A stretch of 64,000 nucleotides of DNA from Poseidonia sp. (lineage in GTDB: Archaea; Thermoplasmatota; Poseidoniia; Poseidoniales; Poseidoniaceae). The position numbers and the translations under genes were made by a program. The stretch spans positions 972 through 64,971 of the forward strand of contig JAUREO010000003.1 in NCBI GenBank assembly GCA_030827365.1, written 5' to 3'. Position 1 is the first letter of the stretch. Each line of letters begins with the position of its first letter. Shown here in pieces: positions 28,852-36,000 of the stretch. Under the pieces are notes generated by a model. It did no database searches. It worked only from the letters and a program-made list of their open reading frames with translations, and was not told the origin of the DNA.

Positions 28852-29335
28852 GAAGTCTCACCTCTTTTGAAAATGTGCTTGAATATGAATTTCCAGCAAA
28901 TGGTTCTGATGTAGCAGTAACAAACAATTGGATATCTTCACCATCGACGTACGAGGCATAACCCGCGTCGGAGAGCGTGATTTCCATAACATAACCTGAC
29001 AACCATGCAGTGCCCGAAGGCGAAATTGAGGTTGATGTCGATGTTGGCTCATCTCCGTTGATAAGGATAAGGAAATTTGTAGTACTCATTTCAATTTCTC
29101 CTGAATTCAAAACATAAATTGTGATATCGTTGTTACTTGCTGAGTCCATGATAACCATCATTGGGTCTCCAGCAAAATCGATGGATACCTTCCCTTCGTG
29201 TTCTGATTTTTGTTGATTCTTCGAAATGGCTTTTACCGCTGAACCCCATTCTTCGATGAGAATAGTTCCGGCGGCTCCAGAAACGAGTAATGCAGTCACC
29301 AGCATAATGAAAGATGATGCTCCACCGTCTGCCAT
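28841..29335 (-). CDS. arlG: Archaellum stator-like protein ArlG (FlaG)
   Basis: N-terminal archaellin-like hydrophobic helix SSFIMLVTALLVSGAAGTILI, beta-rich remainder, conserved operon position. The call rests mainly on position. Confidence 0.6.
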   Translation of the reverse strand: MADGGASSFIMLVTALLVSGAAGTILIEEWGSAVKAISKNQQKSEHEGKVSIDFAGDPMMVIMDSASNNDITIYVLNSGEIEMSTTNFLILINGDEPTSTSTSISPSGTAWLSGYVMEITLSDAGYASYVDGEDIQLFVTATSEPFAGNSYSSTFSKEVRLHEI

Positions 29336-29344
29336 GTCCTCACC

Positions 29345-30040
29345 TCAACCTAAATTTGTGCCAAGTGTTGTTTCTCCGACGGTCAGTGACATTCGAGTCG
29401 GATTTGTTGAAGCACCTACATCGTTCCACTGAAGATACAAGGTTTCGCCTGTGTACCAGTTTGTTGAAGGTATTGACGACCTATCGTAACTGACCAACGT
29501 ATCAGCAATCATTGATGAATGAATCGAACTCATTTGAGTGAGCGTATCGCCATCAACGCTTATCCATATTGATTCGAAAGCAATTTCTGACGAACCAGTG
29601 TTGGTTAGATTTGCATAGATGTATTGTCCTCTTGTCACAGTGAAGACAGCATTTCCATCGCCGTCTCCGGAAATTGATATCGTTGGATTGGATGTATAAT
29701 TCCCTGGTGTTAAGATGGTAATGCTTGCTACACCTCCACTTGAAGTGGTGTAGGTCGCTGAAAACCCTGAGCCTGTAGCACCGGATGCAGAAACTGTTCC
29801 ACCACCGTTGTAATTCGTGCCAACGCTTGAAACGGTGACATTCACCACAGCTCCTTCCCAGACAACTGCATTGTCGATAGTGAATGTTGGTATTGGATTC
29901 TCTGCCCCATCAATCCGTTCAATTCCGGATTCGATTTGAGCGTTGATGGATTGATATGCCATGCTAAACACGACAAGCATCGAAATGCCGACGATCAATC
30001 CACCAATACCAACAGAAGCACCCATGTTACTCTTCCCCAC
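29345..30040 (-). CDS. arlF: Archaellum protein ArlF (FlaF), enlarged by a G/S/T-rich insertion
   Basis: N-terminal helix GIGGLIVGISMLVVFSMAY and position upstream of arlG. At 231 aa it is longer than the usual FlaF (about 160 aa). Confidence 0.55.
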   Translation of the reverse strand: MGKSNMGASVGIGGLIVGISMLVVFSMAYQSINAQIESGIERIDGAENPIPTFTIDNAVVWEGAVVNVTVSSVGTNYNGGGTVSASGATGSGFSATYTTSSGGVASITILTPGNYTSNPTISISGDGDGNAVFTVTRGQYIYANLTNTGSSEIAFESIWISVDGDTLTQMSSIHSSMIADTLVSYDRSSIPSTNWYTGETLYLQWNDVGASTNPTRMSLTVGETTLGTNLG

Positions 30041-30872
30041 GTAGATTTTTCATTGCTCGCCAAGATGAAATCAAGGCTGAAAATGTCAGAAGTGCTCTAT
30101 GTGGCAAATGGTCGTTGAGCGCAGCCTCAGATTCACCCGGATTTGCGAGTTGAACGATAGCCAAAACTTGCTTACCTTCTTCTGAGGAGAGCATTCCTGA
30201 GTCAATCGCTTTCTGAGTGAAACTCACTGCAGCCATTCCAGTCATATTGTCAAGCAACAAAGCAGCCACAGTTGGTGCACCGACAGATGATTCATGCGAA
30301 CCAAGCATTTCTGGTGCAATCAAAAATGGATTTGCTGCAAGAGCTTGTGCCTCATACAATTCAACGAGCGGAGCTTTATCTTCTTCCATTAGTCGTTGTG
30401 TACCAGCAACCGTTCGAACGTCGCCAGAAGCGGTGATGATTCTATCTCCGCCAACTTCCGAAACATCATGACCATCATCATCATCATCGTCTTCATCGTC
30501 ATCATGACCAGCATGCTTTGACATGCTTTGCATTTTTGACTCAAACAAACTGATTGCGTCTTCAATCATGTCGAGCCGGCTACTGAGCATTCGCTCCAAA
30601 CCAGATGTGTCAACAGATGCAGGTGCTGCTTGTTGAACAACTGGATTTGGTGACATTGCTTGTGCAACGGTAGGAACACTGCCAATACTATCCAATTTTG
30701 CTCTTGTGGGTCCCGCTGAGATCGTCCAAGCATCTTCCTCGACAAGTTCGCCTTCACTTGGAAGAGGAACTTGCTCGATGGCGACATTAGAGAGAATTTT
30801 CATTCTCTCCTCTGTTAAGGCTTGTTCTGCACTCTTGTTACCACTCGAGCCCATTCCAAATGGCCATGCCAT
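30027..30872 (-). CDS. Archaellum accessory protein, ArlC/D/E-like by position
   Basis: Sits between the archaellins and arlF, where euryarchaeal flaC/D/E genes sit. Soluble, with an acidic tract HDDDEDDDDDDGHD. I verified no diagnostic motif. Confidence 0.4.
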   Translation of the reverse strand: MAWPFGMGSSGNKSAEQALTEERMKILSNVAIEQVPLPSEGELVEEDAWTISAGPTRAKLDSIGSVPTVAQAMSPNPVVQQAAPASVDTSGLERMLSSRLDMIEDAISLFESKMQSMSKHAGHDDDEDDDDDDGHDVSEVGGDRIITASGDVRTVAGTQRLMEEDKAPLVELYEAQALAANPFLIAPEMLGSHESSVGAPTVAALLLDNMTGMAAVSFTQKAIDSGMLSSEEGKQVLAIVQLANPGESEAALNDHLPHRALLTFSALISSWRAMKNLRGEE

Positions 30873-30885
30873 TGGTAAACCCTCC

Positions 30886-30912
30886 CCTAAGAATCCGTTT
30901 GGGATTCTTAGG
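30886..30912 (-). promoter_or_regulatory. Perfect 11-bp stem, 5-nt loop intercistronic hairpin after the last archaellin gene
   Basis: CCTAAGAATCC (30886-30896), loop GTTTG, GGATTCTTAGG (30902-30912). On the mRNA it starts 5 nt after the arlB stop and is followed at once by GGAGGGTTTACCA-ATG of the next gene. Confidence 0.6.
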
Positions 30913-30917
30913 TGAAA

Positions 30918-31484
30918 TCAGACCACGAGTTCGCCAGCTGCTGTGGCATCAATGGACAATGTTTCGTATGTTGTGCCACCGTTGTCAACGTGGAGGTACA
31001 TTTGAACCATACCGCCTACACCAACGCTTACTGCGTCACAGTTTGCTGCACCGCTTGCATCAATCACCAAAACATAACCAGTGTTAGGCTGGAGTGTTGT
31101 CACAGTCGTACCTCTATCACTCATGTCAAGAACATCAGCTGCTGCCAAAGTTCCTTCTTCAGGTGCTCCCCCGCAGAATAATTGGTAAGAAATTCCTGTA
31201 GCTGGAACTGATTCACTACCAGGGGAAAGTCGAGCAAATACTTCATAATCGGTAGCAGTTTGACCTACAACGACCATTGAAATCATCATCTTTCCTGCCA
31301 TGTCGTCAGCAGTATCATCACCAGTACGTTGAGCGTTCTGTTGAAGTTTCTCTGCAGTTTGAATAATCACTGCTGCTGCAACTGCTGCAACGAGAATGAG
31401 GGCAATAAAAACAATCATTGCACCGATACCGATGGCACCGAGTGTGTCTTGCTTTTCATTCTGGAGTTCATTGTTTGTCTTCAT
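30918..31484 (-). CDS. arlB: Archaellin (ArlB/FlaB), copy 2
   Basis: Class III signal peptide and conserved N-terminus ...QDTLGAIGIGAMIVFIALILVAAVAAAVIIQTAEKLQQNAQ. ATGA overlap with copy 1. Confidence 0.9.
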   Translation of the reverse strand: MKTNNELQNEKQDTLGAIGIGAMIVFIALILVAAVAAAVIIQTAEKLQQNAQRTGDDTADDMAGKMMISMVVVGQTATDYEVFARLSPGSESVPATGISYQLFCGGAPEEGTLAAADVLDMSDRGTTVTTLQPNTGYVLVIDASGAANCDAVSVGVGGMVQMYLHVDNGGTTYETLSIDATAAGELVV

Positions 31485-32053
31485 ACGACCACCTCTCCAG
31501 CAGCAACTGACCCACCATATTGAAGTAATTCATAGGTAAAGCCTCCGGAACCTGCTTGAATCGCCAGCGTATCAAGTTGATTGGCAGCTGGTGCACAATT
31601 TCCAGTTGGGTCCAATACAACTTTGTATGTATCACCTGGCGTGATGGTTGTTGCATCGGTTGTCGATCCAACTAACCGAGCAGCAGTTGTAACTTCTCCA
31701 ACAGCGGTTGTTCCAAAGTCTCCATTTGAAACGCCGGCGGCTGCACCTGGGCAGATGATTTGGAATGCAATATCATCTGGGTCCAAGGCATCAGAACCTG
31801 GTGCCAATTCAAATGTGACATACAGGTCGCTATTTGTTACAATCACAATACTCAGCACTGTGATTCTACCAGCCATCATATCCGTTGTTTGCTCTCCGGT
31901 ATTTTGTGCGTTCTGTTGCAGTTTCTCAGCCGTCTGAATAATGACGGCTGCTGCCACGGCTGCTACAAGGATAAGCGCAATGAACACAATCATTGCACCT
32001 ATACCGATAGCCGCCATGTTGTCGCGGTTTTCGTTCGTTTTTTCGTTCTTCAT
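31481..32053 (-). CDS. arlB: Archaellin (ArlB/FlaB), copy 1
   Basis: ...RDNMAAIGIGAMIVFIALILVAAVAAAVIIQTAEKLQQNAQ. GGAAGTGA lies 5 nt before the ATG. Confidence 0.9.
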   Translation of the reverse strand: MKNEKTNENRDNMAAIGIGAMIVFIALILVAAVAAAVIIQTAEKLQQNAQNTGEQTTDMMAGRITVLSIVIVTNSDLYVTFELAPGSDALDPDDIAFQIICPGAAAGVSNGDFGTTAVGEVTTAARLVGSTTDATTITPGDTYKVVLDPTGNCAPAANQLDTLAIQAGSGGFTYELLQYGGSVAAGEVVV

Positions 32054-32110
32054 TTTTTCACTTCCTTTTTTTGTGTTTTTTCCCCCTTTTCAAGGTGGAA
32101 TCTGATGTGG

Positions 32111-33010
32111 TCAAGCAGTACCTCCTCGACCGAGATGTATTGAGAGCGGGAATCGAAGCGTTGCCAATTCATCTGGTTGCAATCTTGGGATGAATGGTAT
32201 TTCTTCGGCGGTGAATCCAGGTGGAAGCCAAGGTTGAATCAAAATATCACTAAGGGGTTCCATCGACCTATTTTGTGCTTGAACGGTGACTGTAATTTCG
32301 CCAGACCTCATTTCGTAGGCTGTCGTAATTGCAAGTTTTCTCGACAATGGAATTTCATCGGTACGACCTTCAGGTCGGATTTCAAATCGAATCGGAACAT
32401 TGCCACCAGGGCCGATGATGGGGAGGTCAACACTTGATGGGTTTGAAGTCCAACCATCCGGTAAAGGAGGTGCCATGCGAAGCATTGGGAGAGGAATTGG
32501 ACCATCGTTGATGATTCGAACGAGTAAGTAACCCGCTTCTCCACCTGCTGGCCACACCGTTCGCACGCCCATCCAAAAATGCCTAAACAAAAATGGGTTA
32601 AGCGTCGATGAATTACCACCAATAAGTGATTCAAGTAGTTCCTCGACCTCGATTGCGGCTTCATCCACCTTGCCCTTTTCGGCCTCGTAGGAAGCGTCTC
32701 GGAGTTTGTGGAGAATGAGTTCTGCTTCATCAAGCGAAATATTCTTGTGAGCAAGAATTCTGTGAACCATCGCAATGTTTCGCCTGAGTTGGAGAACATC
32801 TTCCTCAAGTGTTCCAAGTCTATGTTCAGCACGGCGAATTCTCTTCTTTGCTCGAGTGAGTTGTTGAAGTCCGAGATATGTTCGTGCATCAAGAATATCA
32901 GATTCCGTTTCAGAAATGTTGTCTGTAAAATCTTCGCCTGTCAGCATGCTTGTGACAGATGAACCATCTAGGCTACGCTGAACGTCACGGAATATGTCTT
33001 TATCAGCCAT
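32111..33010 (-). CDS. Hypothetical 299-aa protein: N-terminal coiled coil plus C-terminal beta-sandwich-like half, no signal peptide
   Basis: The start was set to ATG 33010 (MADKDIF), overlapping the upstream stop in ATGGCTGA and preceded by AAGGTGAT. The C-terminal half has LPDGWTSNPSSVDLPIIGPGGNVPIRFEIRPEG and LPPGFTAEEIPFIPRLQPDELATLRFPLSI, which resemble the domain motifs of the neighbouring giant protein. Confidence 0.6.
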   Translation of the reverse strand: MADKDIFRDVQRSLDGSSVTSMLTGEDFTDNISETESDILDARTYLGLQQLTRAKKRIRRAEHRLGTLEEDVLQLRRNIAMVHRILAHKNISLDEAELILHKLRDASYEAEKGKVDEAAIEVEELLESLIGGNSSTLNPFLFRHFWMGVRTVWPAGGEAGYLLVRIINDGPIPLPMLRMAPPLPDGWTSNPSSVDLPIIGPGGNVPIRFEIRPEGRTDEIPLSRKLAITTAYEMRSGEITVTVQAQNRSMEPLSDILIQPWLPPGFTAEEIPFIPRLQPDELATLRFPLSIHLGRGGTA

Positions 33011-36000
33011 CGATATCACCTTCATCAATATCGTGCTCTGATTCATTTTCTGCAACTGATTCAAGTTTCGACGCAGCATCTAAGGTTGGCTTTGGCTTGT
33101 TTGCTGGCTCAAAGAATTTCTCAAAGTCGATTCCATCGTCTGCAAGTTCATTGAGCAATCGTGCAGGATCTCGAAGGTCACGGTCCAGACGAACCGATTT
33201 GACCTCAACATCAGTAAGACGACCATACAAGTTGCCGTAAATCTTGTCTGACCTGCGTAACAAATACCAGACACCAAATACGACAAAGAGGAAGTAAGCA
33301 CCCAAGAAACCGAGATTTCTGTTGTCATCAGGCAATTGTGGAGGCACCCCGAGAATTACTGCGTACAATCCGAGAATTGGGAGAGCCAAGATAAGAGTTA
33401 ATTGTCGTCGGCCATCTTTCAAGGCTTGGAAATGGTCCGCATATACCGTAGCATTACCCTTTCTCGCACGTTGATAATCTTCATGGATGAGTCGGAATTC
33501 TTCACCACTCTTCCAAGCCGAACGCCAAATCCAGATTGCGGATAGAGCAAGTATCCCATAACCGTAATATTCAATGTTCATGAGATAGAATGCAAATCCA
33601 AGTGCAAGTACGGTTGCATAAGTTGAGAAATGACCCCACTGTTCAGATTGTGTTTTCAACCTTGAAAACACGAAGGCGAGAACCATCAATGCGATGAAGG
33701 CTCCAAAAGCTATAGCTACATCAGGTGATGCTGAAATTCTGTCTACGTTTTCGAGTCGAATCTTATCATTTTTGACGACATTTCCTTCCATTTGGAACCC
33801 AGTGAGGCTCGCCTGACAATCGATTGGGGCGATGGTTTCGTACCAATTCATGGTATGTGGAATAATAATCCATTCAACTGTAATGACATCTGAATCATTG
33901 AGGATTGGAATGATGTCAGCTTCAGTTATGACGTCAGCAGCATCACAAGTGAGTGTTGGTAGAACACCAATGGCTTGTGCAGTTCCGAAATTTACGATTA
34001 CAGCAGATACTATGACTTCTTTTCCTTCCATAGCACCAAGGTCATTGTCGATTGATATTGATTGATAGCCAGGGTCTGCACTATCATCGAGTTTAAACGT
34101 GAAGATGTCACTATCGAAAACAGAGTAACCGGCGTTTTCATTTGGATGGTACAACCTAAATTCCAAATTCCATCCATCGCCAGAAAGAAGATTTGGTCGG
34201 TTTGGTGGATTTATGATCACCTTGAATGAATCTGTGGCGTATGGGTTGATCGGTGGAAGAGTGACTCTGTTGTCTTCACCGAGTGAGGCTGATGGCGAAC
34301 ATCGTGCAGTCAAATCAAGGGGGAATAATTCTCCATCGACATCGAGAGTAAACGTCCAAGGGTAGTGTGATTCGTTAAGATTTAAATCATCCAAATCAAT
34401 AAGCCTGTTTGAACTACACAACTCAATTTCATATTCAACCGTTAGGGCTACACCTGAAGGGATGTGAGAGTAGCGAAGCAACCTTTCAACATCATTGTTT
34501 CCAACAGGGGAGAAAATCTCTTGTTGTCGCTCAAAGAACCTTGACATCGATAATGTTGTGAATTGCTGGCCGCTTCCAGTTACTCCAGACTCTGATGGTG
34601 TCACCGTTAGAACAAGTTCTGCTGCATCAGTAAGGTCTGGCTCTAGTTCAGTGGAAATAATCGAAAATGCCAATGTCACAGGGAAATCCTTAGGCAAAAA
34701 CAAACTTTCAGGTGCATCTGCGCCAAGTTGGAATTGGGTTGATGGTGTTGAAAGACCAGCCTCAAATAATCCATAATCAATGTCGACTGAAACATCTTTG
34801 TTTCCCTTGTTCGTGATAACTACGTTCCAAGTTCGTGTGTCTCGAGCATTAAATTCCACTTCACTCGGCCAATTTGCAAATTCAGGAATAAACTTGGGTG
34901 CAATGATGACTTCTATTGTCTCTTGGTCCAAGACAAAATCTTCGTCTCCTTTGAATGCAGTGAGTGTAATTGTATGGGATGCACCATTCAACATGGATTC
35001 AGAACCATCGTATCCTGGTATTGTCATGACAAACGAGCCAGCAAAAACTTCTTCAATGGACAGAGGAATGTTTTGAACATCATCATCTATTTCCCAATCA
35101 TCCGAATGATTGATTTCAAGACGAACATTTTCTGCTAAATTGCCTAGATTTGTAATGTTGAATGTTATTTCCTCTTGCGTTCCCGGAATGACTGCAATTT
35201 GGGTAATGTCAGGGTCAATATCAATTCCATGGTTCTCAGAAATATTCGCAATGATGTCGGCGGATACGTTCAATCCACTTGCTGGAGATTCAACCCATAG
35301 GGTTGCTTTGTACTCAATGTCTGCACGAGCGGTTGAGGATGCTGTGAGGCGTATCTTCACCGTTGAATCAAAGCCAGAACCTACAAGCACTGAATCGGAT
35401 GTTTCGATTTCAAAACTCACCTCATCGCTTGATGAATCGTCGAGCCATAAATTGAACAATGTTTGAGTGTTTCCTGTGTTGCTAATCTTTACCCTTGTCA
35501 CGACTGATTCGCCGACGGAGAGATTGACGAGTTGGCTGGAAGGGTCGACTTCGAGATCAATAGATTCTTTGACAATAAATTCCACTGCGTGAGAACTAAT
35601 GTACTGTCCTGTATTCAAGTTTTCAACCACGATGGTGACATGTTCAATCGAATTCGCAGGTGCGTCTTCAGCGGGTGTGACGGTGATAGGGAATGTGGAG
35701 ATATGATTGTCCTCGATGTCGGGATAATCAGCAACAGCAGCACGAACGTTTGACAAATTCATGATTTGTAAGACGGAGCCGTTTGCAAAAGACCCGGTCC
35801 AATCAAGTGGCAATTCATCGACAAGGGTGAGTCTGTAACTTGTTTGATTGTTTCCAAAGTTTGCAAGTTCAACATCGAATGTATTTGCCTCTCCAACATT
35901 GACTTCAAACGGTGAGGATTGCAAGATTTCGACTTCATCTACGGCTGGTATGTGAATTCGTACAACAGTATCAATGTCTGAGGCTTCGATACCTGCAGGG

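Noticed and set aside
30470-30505. Trinucleotide-like run (catcatcatcatcatcgtcttcatcgtcatcatg).
   Set aside because: It is the in-frame coding sequence for an acidic tract (DDDEDDDDDDG) of the ArlCDE-like protein. It is not a microsatellite in non-coding DNA and not a CRISPR-like repeat.
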